Of a stretch of DNA of 64,000 nucleotides, positions 9,893-19,906 are shown piece by piece (position 1 is the stretch's first letter; each line of letters starts with the position of its first letter). The notes below the pieces were generated by a model. It saw only the letters and a list, made by a program, of their open reading frames with translations, did no database searches and was not told the DNA's origin. A program made the position numbers and the translations under genes. Location of the stretch: contig OZ244188.1 of assembly GCA_965216635.1 (NCBI GenBank), positions 416,001 through 480,000 on the forward strand. Reading direction: 5' to 3'. Source of the DNA: a bacterium. Its GTDB lineage: Bacteria; SAR324; XYD2-FULL-50-16; G965216635.

Positions 9893-11040
9893 ATGACTCT
9901 CTTTTTGCTAGTCTTAAAGAAATTGAATACAAAACAAAGATTAAAAAAAATCTAAAAACTTACTCTTTGAAAGAAATGTTGAATAACAATCTTAATTCAA
10001 AAGCTAGTTTTATTTTAGCAACAAACAAAGATGAGTATGCTTTTAGTCAATGGGTTTCTCCTAAACGCACAAGAAGTTTTCCTTATTCTCGGGTTTATGA
10101 CACTTTGATAAAGAAAAACCGTATTACTTTAATTCCTTTTTGCAAAGACGAAGGCGCTGATGGAGATAGAGATTTTATCCAGTGGGATACGATTTCTTTA
10201 ATGAGTCTTTTAAATGTTTATGTGATTATTGGTTACTATAATCTAGCCGAAAAGAATCAAAGAATACTCCAAAAACATAAAAATAAAATCGCGAATCAAG
10301 TCTATGATTATCAGTATGTCAAAAATCAGATAGAGAAATTACAAGATTATCAATCTAGCCCCTTACATTGGAATTTAAAACAAATAGAACTCTTACCTAA
10401 AATAGCACAGTTAACTTTAGAATCTTACCAAAAGATTAGTCAAGAAATAGATGTTCAACTACACGGTGAATACGGGATAAGAAAAAGAATAAAAATTTTA
10501 GAAAAAGATACAAAAATTTTCAAAGATTATTCAAGAGAGTTAGCAAAACAAGCACAGTATAGGGAAAACTTGACTATTCAGCCTAAAGAAAAAATCACAG
10601 TAAATAAGAAAAAAATCATTCTTAAAAATCTTTTAGGTGGCTATTATTTTTTGACCATAGACGAATGTATATTGCAGAAAAACCAAATACTACTTATTGA
10701 GAAAAAGCATAGTGAAAATGATTTAATACCTTCTAGCAATGATATTAAAGATGCTTGTATAAAGATGGTGTTATTTACTAATATTGAAAAATTGGAATAT
10801 CAAGGAAAACAGCAAAATCACCAAGCCCTTGTAGGATTAACTTCAAAAACAATTCAGGGTTATATGCATAGTAAAATGAGTGATGCAGAAATAAATAATT
10901 TTTTTAGAAAAAATAATTTTTCTGTTTCTCAAGAACAAATTTTTATATCTGCAATAGAAGAAGCAAGGTTAAATAAATTCATATTATATACTCTAAATTC
11001 TAATGAAGAAGAAAATCAAGAAAAAATCTTCCCGCAATAA
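9889..11040 (+). CDS. Putative type II restriction endonuclease
   Basis: Overlaps the MTase stop; IDE...LIEKK PD-(D/E)XK-like motif. Confidence 0.6.
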   Translation: MNDSLFASLKEIEYKTKIKKNLKTYSLKEMLNNNLNSKASFILATNKDEYAFSQWVSPKRTRSFPYSRVYDTLIKKNRITLIPFCKDEGADGDRDFIQWDTISLMSLLNVYVIIGYYNLAEKNQRILQKHKNKIANQVYDYQYVKNQIEKLQDYQSSPLHWNLKQIELLPKIAQLTLESYQKISQEIDVQLHGEYGIRKRIKILEKDTKIFKDYSRELAKQAQYRENLTIQPKEKITVNKKKIILKNLLGGYYFLTIDECILQKNQILLIEKKHSENDLIPSSNDIKDACIKMVLFTNIEKLEYQGKQQNHQALVGLTSKTIQGYMHSKMSDAEINNFFRKNNFSVSQEQIFISAIEEARLNKFILYTLNSNEEENQEKIFPQ

Positions 11041-11076
11041 TAGAGATAAATGAGAAAAAAATAATTTCAAAAAATC

Positions 11077-11147
11077 AACCCCATTCCATAACAGGATTAA
11101 AAAAATCCTCCGACTTGCCTCCCATTTTTCTATAACATTCTCCCTTG
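11077..11147 (+). repeat. 71-bp direct repeat B, copy 2
   Basis: Matches 8529-8599. Confidence 0.9.
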
Positions 11148-11295
11148 TTTTGAATAAGGATTTGGTTTCCTTTGTATTCTATCTAAAAAGCTATATTCTA
11201 AAAAAAATATAATTTATAAAAAATTGATAGAAAAATTTTAAAAAATATAGTAAAAATTTTATTTTAATCTTAAAAATCTTATCTCTTTTAAAATT

Positions 11296-12750
11296 ATGGA
11301 ACTAGAAAAATTTCCTCTTTTCAAAAACAAAGGATGGATAAATGGAAAGTGGGTTTCTGCAGAAAATGGAGAAACTTACGATGTCACTAATCCAGCGGAT
11401 AATTCCTTAGTGGCAAAAATGCCTTCTATGGGAAAAGCAGAAACCTTTGATGCAATCAGAACAGCAGCGGAGGCTTTTATTATCTGGCGTGAGACTCCAG
11501 CAAAACAAAGGGCTACTATTCTTTTAGACTGGTATCATCTGGTGATTAAAAACAAAGATGAACTAGCCAAAATTATGGTGCTAGAACAAGGTAAGCCTTT
11601 AGCAGAAGCGGTTGGAGAAACAGTTTATGCTGCTAATTTTATTCAATGGTTTGCAGAGCAAGCCAAAAGAATTTTTGGTAGTATAATGAGTGATTTTGCA
11701 AAAGATGCGACCTTACAATATACCAAAGAAGCAGTAGGAGTAGTAGGAGTGATTACTCCTTGGAATTTCCCACTTGCTATGATTACTAGAAAAGTTGCTC
11801 CAGCTTTGGCAGCGGGCTGTTCGGTAGTAGTCAAACCTTCCAGAAACACGCCGCTTTGTGCTTTAGCTTTGACAGAATTATCTCATCAGGCTGGCTTGCC
11901 TGCTGGAGTTTTGAATTTAATTACGGGAGAAAAATCAGCAGAAATAGGAGACGCTTTGTGTGAATCCAAACAGGTGCGGAAAATAAGTTTTACAGGTTCC
12001 ACTAGAGTAGGTAAATTATTATTAGAAAAAAGTGCTCAAACAGTCAAAAAAATGTCAATGGAGCTAGGCGGAAACGCAGCCTTTATTGTTTTTGACGATG
12101 CTAATTTAGAAAGATCTATAGATTCTTTAATGGCTTCAAAATTCAGAAATACAGGACAGACTTGCGTTTGTGCAAATCGTATTTTCGTTCAATCAGGTAT
12201 TTACGATTCTTTTGTAGAGGCTCTAAAAGAAAAAGTGATGGCTTTGAAAGTAGGCAGTGGTTTAGAAGAAGGAGTAGGGCAAGGGCCGCTTATCAACGAA
12301 GCAGCTTTTAAAAAAGTAGAAAAGCATGTGCGAAGTGCAGTTTCTCAAGGAGCCGAAGTAGTACTTGGAGGAAAACCACACGAGCTAGGAGGCAGTTTTT
12401 ATCAACCAACGATTCTCAAAAATGTTCAAGGGGATAGTATTTTTAAAGAAGAAGAAACTTTTGGCCCCGTTGCTCCTTTGATCCGTTTTGAAACAGAAGA
12501 AGAAGCCGTGAAAATGGCAAACGATACAGACTACGGTTTGGCGAGTTATTTTTTTACCCAAGATTTTAGAAGAATCCAGCGAGTCAATCGCAAATTAGAA
12601 TCGGGAATTATTTGCATCAACGAAGGAATTTTTTCTAACGAGTTTGGTCCTTTTGGCGGAGTCAAGGAATCGGGAATCGGTAGAGAAGGCTCTGTGCTTG
12701 GCATAGAAGAATATTTGGAAACAAAATATACTCTTATTTCTTATAAATAA
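11296..12750 (+). CDS. gabD: NAD(P)-dependent succinate-semialdehyde dehydrogenase
   Basis: ITPWNFP, FTGST, MELGGNA, KFRNTGQTCVCAN, EETFGP motifs. Confidence 0.92.
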   Translation: MELEKFPLFKNKGWINGKWVSAENGETYDVTNPADNSLVAKMPSMGKAETFDAIRTAAEAFIIWRETPAKQRATILLDWYHLVIKNKDELAKIMVLEQGKPLAEAVGETVYAANFIQWFAEQAKRIFGSIMSDFAKDATLQYTKEAVGVVGVITPWNFPLAMITRKVAPALAAGCSVVVKPSRNTPLCALALTELSHQAGLPAGVLNLITGEKSAEIGDALCESKQVRKISFTGSTRVGKLLLEKSAQTVKKMSMELGGNAAFIVFDDANLERSIDSLMASKFRNTGQTCVCANRIFVQSGIYDSFVEALKEKVMALKVGSGLEEGVGQGPLINEAAFKKVEKHVRSAVSQGAEVVLGGKPHELGGSFYQPTILKNVQGDSIFKEEETFGPVAPLIRFETEEEAVKMANDTDYGLASYFFTQDFRRIQRVNRKLESGIICINEGIFSNEFGPFGGVKESGIGREGSVLGIEEYLETKYTLISYK

Positions 12751-12773
12751 CCTACATTATTTTAGGAGGAATA

Positions 12774-15095
12774 ATGGCAAATGAAAGAAAAACAGAAACA
12801 GTAGTCAGACAGCATTTTAATCAGTTTTTGGAGTTTATTGATTTAGAAGAACAAAAATCAGACAACCCAAAAATTGACAAGTTATTAAAATTAGCTTCTA
12901 AAAAAGGAATTGGAAAAGGTTACCCTGAGTTTATTATCACTTATAAAACAAACCCTGATTTATTGATTGTTGTAGAGTGCAAAGCAGATATAACAAAGCA
13001 CGAAAGCAAAGAACAGGATAAATATTCCGATTTTGCTGTAGACGGTGTTTTGCTTTATGCCACTTACCTATCTAAGGGTTTTGATGTTTTGGCTATTGCT
13101 ATCAGTGGAGAAACGCAAAGAGACTTAAAAGTTTCCCATTTCTTACATTTAAAAGAAGAGAAAAAAGCAATCCCTTTTCTTGGAGATAAACTTTTAACCG
13201 CTAAAGATTATTTAAACGGATACCTAAAAAGCCCAGAAAAATTTAGACAGGATTATAATAAACTTTTAGATTTTACAAAAGATCTTAACGAAAAACTGCA
13301 CAGCTATAAAATTTTAGAAAGCCAGCGTAGTTTGTTGATTAGTTGCATTTTAATTGCTTTAGAAAACGAGGCTTTCCGAAGATCTTACGCCTCCCACGGA
13401 AAACCTGAAAATTTAGCCGATTCACTTGTGCAAACTGTTTCCAACGAACTAGAAACCGCAGATATTACAGGTAAAAAACTTACCAATCTCAACACTCAAT
13501 TTAGTTTTATCAAAACCGATACTTCCTTATCCAAGGAAGATAGAATTCTAAAAGAAATCATTGATGAGATTGATGAGAATATAAATAATTTTATAAAAAC
13601 ACACCAGTATATTGATGTTTTAGGACAGCTTTATATCGAGTTTTTAAGATATGCTAATAGTGATAAAGGGCTCGGCATTGTTTTAACTCCTCCACATATA
13701 ACAGAGTTTTTTGCAGAATTAGCACAGGTCAATAAAAATTCTATTGCTTACGATAATTGCACAGGAACAGGAGGTTTTTTGATTAGTGCAATGAAAAAAA
13801 TGATTGCTGATGCAAGAGGAGATGAAACTAAAATCAGAGAAATAAAACTAAAGCAACTTTTTGGGGTAGAATACCAATCGCATATTTTTGCTCTGGCAAT
13901 TTCCAATATGTATATTCACCAAGACGGAAAAACAAATATTATCAACGGAAGTTGTTTTGATAAAGAAGTTATAGAGCAAATAAAAGCAAAAAATCCCACA
14001 GCTGGTTTTCTTAATCCACCCTATCAATCTAACAAAAAAACGGACACTGATGAATTAGAATTTATTTTAAATAATCTAGAATGTCTAGTAGATGGTGGCA
14101 CTTGTATAGCCATAATACCTATGCAAAAAGCATTATCAGGGTCTGGTAGAATTTTAGAGTTAAAAACGAAGCTTTTAGAAAAACACACCCTAGAGGCAGT
14201 TTTTTCTATGCCAAATGAACTTTTTCATAATTCAAAGGCAAATGTCAGCACCTGTGTTATGATTTTCACTGCTCACAAGCCTCATCCCAAAAATAAAGAA
14301 ACCTATTTTGGCTATTACAAGGATGATGGATTTGTAAAAAGAAAAAATAAAGGAAGAATAGATGCGTATGGAAAATGGGAAAAAAATATAAAAGAAAAAT
14401 GGATTACAAATTTCATTAATAGAAAAAATGAAGCTGGTTTTAGTATCAATAAAGTCGTAACTGCCGAAATGGAATGGTGCACTGAAGCCTATATGGAAAC
14501 GGATTATACTAATTTAAAAGAGGAATATTTTATCAACACACTATTAAACTATGTAACATTTTTACTCAGCAACAGATTGTCAGAACAGGTTTTTAAAACT
14601 TCATTCTCAACAAATAATTTTAATCTAGATGTTTCAAAATGGAAAAGTTTTGAATTAGCAAAATTGTTTCAAATTCAAGGGAGTAAAACTACTGCTTTAT
14701 TAGAATTAGAAGAATACGGAACTGGAAAATATCCTTATGTAACGACGCAAGCAACAAACAACGGGAGCAGAGGATTTTACGATTTTTGCTCAGAAGGTGG
14801 AAATATTTTGACTGTAGATAGTGCGGTGATAGGATATTGTTCTTATCAAGCACTACCTTTTTCTGCGAGTGATCATGTAGAAAAACTTATTCCAAAATTC
14901 AAAATGAATCAATATATTGCAATGTTTTTTGTCACAATTTTAAATTTAGAACAATATAGATACAACTATGGTATAAAATGTAGTCAAACAAGAATGAAAG
15001 AAAAAAGCATAAAACTACCTGCAAAAAATGGACAGCCAGATTTTGACTTTATGGAAAATTACATAAAATCTTTACCTTATTCTTCTAGTTTATAA
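12774..15095 (+). CDS. Type IIG/BcgI-like fused restriction endonuclease-methyltransferase with a C-terminal specificity domain
   Basis: N-terminal PE...VECK nuclease motif, CTGTGGFL and NPPY motifs, C-terminal HsdS-like TRD. Confidence 0.8.
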   Translation: MANERKTETVVRQHFNQFLEFIDLEEQKSDNPKIDKLLKLASKKGIGKGYPEFIITYKTNPDLLIVVECKADITKHESKEQDKYSDFAVDGVLLYATYLSKGFDVLAIAISGETQRDLKVSHFLHLKEEKKAIPFLGDKLLTAKDYLNGYLKSPEKFRQDYNKLLDFTKDLNEKLHSYKILESQRSLLISCILIALENEAFRRSYASHGKPENLADSLVQTVSNELETADITGKKLTNLNTQFSFIKTDTSLSKEDRILKEIIDEIDENINNFIKTHQYIDVLGQLYIEFLRYANSDKGLGIVLTPPHITEFFAELAQVNKNSIAYDNCTGTGGFLISAMKKMIADARGDETKIREIKLKQLFGVEYQSHIFALAISNMYIHQDGKTNIINGSCFDKEVIEQIKAKNPTAGFLNPPYQSNKKTDTDELEFILNNLECLVDGGTCIAIIPMQKALSGSGRILELKTKLLEKHTLEAVFSMPNELFHNSKANVSTCVMIFTAHKPHPKNKETYFGYYKDDGFVKRKNKGRIDAYGKWEKNIKEKWITNFINRKNEAGFSINKVVTAEMEWCTEAYMETDYTNLKEEYFINTLLNYVTFLLSNRLSEQVFKTSFSTNNFNLDVSKWKSFELAKLFQIQGSKTTALLELEEYGTGKYPYVTTQATNNGSRGFYDFCSEGGNILTVDSAVIGYCSYQALPFSASDHVEKLIPKFKMNQYIAMFFVTILNLEQYRYNYGIKCSQTRMKEKSIKLPAKNGQPDFDFMENYIKSLPYSSSL

Positions 15096-15111
15096 TCATA
15101 CTAAAAAAGTA

Positions 15112-16806
15112 GTGTTTCTGCAGAAAGTAGGTAACCCAGGCGCATTTAGGCAGGTTTATTTTTGGCTAGCCACTGCTCTAGCGATTCTTTTTTGGGCTTT
15201 TTTTTTTCTGCTTCCATTTTTTGCTTTTAGTAAAATTTTGGCAGAAACAACTGCGAGCAATAAAATTCTTTATTTTTGGGAGCTCCTCCAAAATAATAAT
15301 TACCTATCTGTTGTTTGGTTCACCTTTAAACAAGCTTTTTTAAGTGCTTTTTTTTCCTTGCTATTAGGAATACCCACGAGTTTTTTATTTGTCCGATTTC
15401 GCTTTCCTTTTCAAAATCAATTTTACTTCTTATTTATTTTTCCTTTTGTGATGCCGACTATTTTAGTGGTTTTGTGTATCATTCAATTTTGGGGTTATCA
15501 AGGCTACCTCAACTTAATCCTAAAAAAAATCTTTTCACTCTTTTTTTTACCCGTTCCAGAATCGCCTTTAAGAGTGCTTTACTCACTCAAAGGAATTATC
15601 ATTGCCCATGTTTTTTTCAATCTACCTGTAGTCTTGCAAATTGTAGGTAGCACTTGGAGTAGAATTTCTCAAAAATATAATAAAGCCGCTAGACTACTGG
15701 GTTGTTCCGAATTAAAGAGTCTGTATAGAATAGATTTACCTATACTATTACCAGCGATTTCATCAGCCTTTATTCTTATATTCATTCTTTGTATGAATAG
15801 CTTTGCGATTGTATGGGTATTGGGGGGAGGCAAGAATCCCATTATTGAAACCTTAATTTATGAGCTAGCTAGAATCCATCTAGATTACGAAGCTGTTTTA
15901 GGATTAGTAGGCTTACAAATTTTTCTGGGATTGGTAGTTGTAGGAATTTTTTATCGCCATTCATCCACTAAAATAATAGCAGAGCCTTTTGCAGGACAAT
16001 CGTTTGTTTCATTTTTTCAAAAAAATAAAATCAAAGGAAGTTTGATTGTTTTTTTTTTTTGTTTTGTAGCGTTCGTGGTATTAGGTCCTCTTGTTTCTTT
16101 AGTAATAGATAGCTTTAGAGTAGCGGATGGTTTTTCTTTACAGTGGTGGATTTTCTTTTTTCAAAAAGGCTGGCAAACGTTACTTCCAGTATTTTGGACT
16201 TCATTACAAATTGCTCTAGGAAGTGCTTGTTTATCTTTTGTGTTGCTACTCTTGGTAGCTCCCGTATTTTATAAATATCCTAGCAAAAGAAAATGGTTAG
16301 AGTTACTATTTTTGACTCCTTTGTCCATCTCTTCTATTACTTTAGGTCTTGGTTGGTTTTTATTTTATCAAGATTTTGCTTATCAATATTTTTGGGCAGA
16401 GAAAAAAATTGCTCTCGTATTTTATGCAATATGTATCCACAGTATTATATTTTTTCCTTACTGGTTAAGGTTGCTTTTGCCTAGCTTAGAATTGATTCCT
16501 AAAAACTGGTTTATGCTCAAAAGGTTGCACGCCTATCCACCTTTTTTATTCGCTTGGAAAGTGCTATTGCCTTGGATAAAAAAGCCTTTCTGTCGTACCT
16601 TTCTTTTAGTGCTAGCTCTCTCTTTTGGGGAATTAAATATTTTACTACTCATCGCAGATACAGATTTTAAAACTCTAACTACAGAAATATTTTCAGCGAT
16701 AGCGGCTTATAGATTTTCTTACGCTTCTTTAATAGGAGTGCTGTTTATGTTTTTTTTCTTTGTTTTAGGTTTCCTGATTCATTTACTAGGGAGACGGGTT
16801 GACTAG
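15112..16806 (+). CDS. ABC transporter permease (ThiP/FbpB-like, duplicated membrane domain)
   Basis: Many TM segments; AHVFFNLP and AARLLG EAA-like loop. Confidence 0.75.
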   Translation: MFLQKVGNPGAFRQVYFWLATALAILFWAFFFLLPFFAFSKILAETTASNKILYFWELLQNNNYLSVVWFTFKQAFLSAFFSLLLGIPTSFLFVRFRFPFQNQFYFLFIFPFVMPTILVVLCIIQFWGYQGYLNLILKKIFSLFFLPVPESPLRVLYSLKGIIIAHVFFNLPVVLQIVGSTWSRISQKYNKAARLLGCSELKSLYRIDLPILLPAISSAFILIFILCMNSFAIVWVLGGGKNPIIETLIYELARIHLDYEAVLGLVGLQIFLGLVVVGIFYRHSSTKIIAEPFAGQSFVSFFQKNKIKGSLIVFFFCFVAFVVLGPLVSLVIDSFRVADGFSLQWWIFFFQKGWQTLLPVFWTSLQIALGSACLSFVLLLLVAPVFYKYPSKRKWLELLFLTPLSISSITLGLGWFLFYQDFAYQYFWAEKKIALVFYAICIHSIIFFPYWLRLLLPSLELIPKNWFMLKRLHAYPPFLFAWKVLLPWIKKPFCRTFLLVLALSFGELNILLLIADTDFKTLTTEIFSAIAAYRFSYASLIGVLFMFFFFVLGFLIHLLGRRVD

Positions 16807-16846
16807 CTGTGGTTTTATGGTGGCTAAGCTATGTTTGCTTAAAATT

Positions 16847-17425
16847 CTATTTTAGGGCGGTTGCAATACCCTGCAATAAATCTTCTTTCGTTTGTGTCTC
16901 TTTAATGGAATAGGGAAGTATTTCGTGGTTTAATTCTTTTTTTAGTTTTTCTAAACTAGTTTTTTGTTTGTTTTTGCTGAGACAATCGGCTTTAGTGGCA
17001 ACGATGCAATAGGTTGCAGTGCCGTGCTGTATGGTTTTGTGGTAGTAGAAATCCAGCTCTGATGGAGAATGTCTTATGTCTAACAAATGCACAACAAGTT
17101 TTAAATTTTCTAGTCTGCTTAGAAGAATTTTAAATTGGTTTTCCCATTCTTTTTTTATTTTTTGCGGCACCTTTGCAAAACCATAGCCCGGTGCATCTAT
17201 AATAAAAAAAGATTTGTTAATTAAAAAAAAATTAAAAAAGGTTGTTTTACCTGGGCTAGAGCTAGTTTTCACTAATTTTTTTTTACCTACTAAACTGTTG
17301 ATTAAACTAGATTTACCTACATTAGACCTGCCAAAAAACACAACCTGTGGTAGGTTGAATTTCTTAACTGGAAGTTTTTTTAAGTCGGGAATACTCTGGA
17401 TGAATTCTGTAGAGGTTATTTTCAT
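16847..17425 (-). CDS. engB: Ribosome biogenesis GTPase YihA/EngB
   Basis: GRSNVGKSSLIN, DAPGYG, TKAD motifs. Confidence 0.93.
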   Translation of the reverse strand: MKITSTEFIQSIPDLKKLPVKKFNLPQVVFFGRSNVGKSSLINSLVGKKKLVKTSSSPGKTTFFNFFLINKSFFIIDAPGYGFAKVPQKIKKEWENQFKILLSRLENLKLVVHLLDIRHSPSELDFYYHKTIQHGTATYCIVATKADCLSKNKQKTSLEKLKKELNHEILPYSIKETQTKEDLLQGIATALK

Positions 17426-17433
17426 ATTGCCAG

Positions 17434-18252
17434 TTATGCTTTAAAAACTATTTTATTCATAACCTGTTTAATTAACATTAAAAAAACAAATTCAAAAATT
17501 AGGATAAAAATAATTCCACTACTGGTTGGAATGTTCCAATAAAAAGAAATGATTATTCCTCCCAACACTCCTAAAATATTCAGTAGGATACTCCAAACCA
17601 CAGATTGACGAAAACTATAACTAAATACTTGAGCCGATAACACGGGAATGATGAGTGTTGCTCCTATCAAAAGACCTCCAATCACTTTTAAACCACTTGC
17701 CACAATAAGACCGACTGCAAACATTAAGGAGATTTCAAAAAAACGGTTTTTTTGTCGTAGGCTTTTTACGAAGTGGGAATCAAAAACAATAGCTGTTAAA
17801 CGGTTCCAAGCGCCAAGCATAAATAGGACAATTACAAAATTCACAACCAAATAGGCGAGCATTTCACCTTTGGTTATAGTCAAGATACTACCGAATAAAA
17901 ATTCTTCCAAATGCTCTGTTTCTTTTGCTAGGTGTGCAAAAAAAACCGCTACAGCCACCCCTCCGCTTAAAAGCAAAACCGCCACCGCTTCAGGAGGAAA
18001 TTTTCTTTTGTTCCAAAAAAATGCCAGTATCAGACTGCTGATAGTGGCGGTAAGTGTAATAGAGAAGTGAAGTGGAATTTGCCAAAAAATTCCAATGCCC
18101 ACGCCTGCCAAGCTTGTATGAGAGAGCATATCAGGAGCCATAGATTGCCTGCTAGCCACAACAAAATTACCTACAATAGCTGTGCTAATGCTAATAAAAA
18201 AACCTACCACTATTGCTCTTTGAAAAGCTACCTCTTGAATTATTTCAAACAT
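17434..18252 (-). CDS. znuB: Metal (Zn/Mn) ABC transporter permease
   Basis: DMLSHTSLAGV, FLFGSIL, IGGLLI motifs; ATG at 18252 chosen because it follows znuC. Confidence 0.8.
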   Translation of the reverse strand: MFEIIQEVAFQRAIVVGFFISISTAIVGNFVVASRQSMAPDMLSHTSLAGVGIGIFWQIPLHFSITLTATISSLILAFFWNKRKFPPEAVAVLLLSGGVAVAVFFAHLAKETEHLEEFLFGSILTITKGEMLAYLVVNFVIVLFMLGAWNRLTAIVFDSHFVKSLRQKNRFFEISLMFAVGLIVASGLKVIGGLLIGATLIIPVLSAQVFSYSFRQSVVWSILLNILGVLGGIIISFYWNIPTSSGIIFILIFEFVFLMLIKQVMNKIVFKA

Positions 18253-18256
18253 TTCT

Positions 18257-19018
18257 TTAATGATGGTGATGGATTGGCACAAGGCTAGATGGTGATTTTT
18301 TAGAATGCCCTTTAGAACGGGGTACTTTTATTTTACAGATTTCTCCTTTAGCAAAATCTATCGCATGGCAGTCGGTATGAAGTTTTTTGTCTAAACATAA
18401 AATACGGTGGCATTTATCTACAATTTTTTCTATTTCGTGGGAGACAAACAAAATGCTTATTTTAAACTTTTCTCTCAATTCATCCAGTAGGTTATAAATC
18501 AAAATTTTGGTTTTGTAATCTACATTGCCTAAAGGTTCGTCAAAAAGTAGCAGTTGAGGATCACCTATAAGAGAACGGGCAATAAACACTCTTTGTTTTT
18601 GTCCGCAGGATAGGTTATAAAAATTTTGTTTTAACAAAGAGTCTTTCAAACCTACCGCAGCTAGTTTTTGTTGCATAGTACAATTTTCAGCAGCGCTATG
18701 AAAAATACTTTTTCGTTTCATAGCCATTCCGAGTATTTCTTTTACAGAAAAAGAAAAATAATTTTCAGAAAAAGCCTGCTGCGGCACATAGCCGATAGAC
18801 ACTTTGGGGTTTATTTGAACAGAGCCACTACCTGATTTTACCAAGCCTAAGATACATTTTAATAGGGTAGATTTTCCCGCTCCATTGGGACCTATCAAAC
18901 CAACATACTCTCCTTGATAAATTTGAAGATCAATTTTTTCTAGAACCTTTACTCCTTCAAAAGCAACAGTTAAATTTTTTACAGTAACAATTGGCTCTTT
19001 AGCTATTTCTATTGTCAT
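18257..19018 (-). CDS. znuC: Metal ABC transporter ATP-binding protein
   Basis: GPNGAGKST, GYVPQ, LLLFDEP motifs; His-rich C terminus. Confidence 0.8.
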   Translation of the reverse strand: MTIEIAKEPIVTVKNLTVAFEGVKVLEKIDLQIYQGEYVGLIGPNGAGKSTLLKCILGLVKSGSGSVQINPKVSIGYVPQQAFSENYFSFSVKEILGMAMKRKSIFHSAAENCTMQQKLAAVGLKDSLLKQNFYNLSCGQKQRVFIARSLIGDPQLLLFDEPLGNVDYKTKILIYNLLDELREKFKISILFVSHEIEKIVDKCHRILCLDKKLHTDCHAIDFAKGEICKIKVPRSKGHSKKSPSSLVPIHHHH

Positions 19019-19851
19019 ATATCTTTCACTACCTTTTGTTGCTGCTCTCCCAAACCCTCTATACTCGCTTTCACAAAGTCTCCTTCTTTGAGATACTGCG
19101 GAGGATTTTTTCCCATACCGACACCTGAGGGAGTACCTGTAGAAATAATATCTCCAGCCTGCAAAGACATAAATTGACTGATATAAGAAATCAGGTAAGG
19201 TATCTTATAGACCATAGTTTTTGTAGAACTCTGTTGCATTATTTCTCCATTTACAGACAAAAATAATTTTAAATTGTGCGGGTCTACAATTTCATCTTTT
19301 GTGACAAACCAAGGACCTATGGGGGCAAAATTGTCGTAAGATTTTCCTTTAACCCATTGCCCCTTTCTTTTGAATTGAAAATCTCTTTCACTAACATCGT
19401 TGATTGTGCAGTAGCCCGCTACACAGTCCATCGCATCTTTTTCCGCAACATATTTGGTATTTTTTCCTATAATTACTCCCAGCTCCACTTCCCAATCGGT
19501 TTTTTCAGAATTGTGCGGTAGAAGAATATTATCAAAGGCTCCACAAATAGAAGAAGTTGCCTTCATAAAAATCATAGGTTCAGGTGGAACCTCTACACCA
19601 GATTCTGCTGCGTGGTCTGCGTAGTTCAAACCAATTGCAATCAATTTCCCCACTCCACCTATACAGGCACCTAAACGGGGAGCACCTTTTACTTCAGGAA
19701 GTTCTTCTAGATTTATTTTTCCTTTTAGAAGTTGTACTAGTGTATCCACTGTTAAGTTGTTAATTCTATCGGATAAATCGCGAATTTTTCCAGCTCTATC
19801 TAAAACTCCGAATTTTTCAACTCCTTTGTTACCGTATCTTATGAATTTCAT
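19015..19851 (-). CDS. Fumarylacetoacetate hydrolase family protein
   Basis: GLNYADH, DWEVELGV, NDVSERD, TGTPSGVG motifs. Confidence 0.92.
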   Translation of the reverse strand: MKFIRYGNKGVEKFGVLDRAGKIRDLSDRINNLTVDTLVQLLKGKINLEELPEVKGAPRLGACIGGVGKLIAIGLNYADHAAESGVEVPPEPMIFMKATSSICGAFDNILLPHNSEKTDWEVELGVIIGKNTKYVAEKDAMDCVAGYCTINDVSERDFQFKRKGQWVKGKSYDNFAPIGPWFVTKDEIVDPHNLKLFLSVNGEIMQQSSTKTMVYKIPYLISYISQFMSLQAGDIISTGTPSGVGMGKNPPQYLKEGDFVKASIEGLGEQQQKVVKDI

Positions 19852-19906
19852 TTTTAAAAATTATTTTAATATAAAATTTTAGTATAATTTTTCTTATAAA
19901 AAAAAT

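Noticed and set aside
3384..15095. Classical integron or prophage explanation for the island
   Set aside because: No tyrosine recombinase, recognisable attC sites or phage structural genes; the housekeeping gene gabD is embedded
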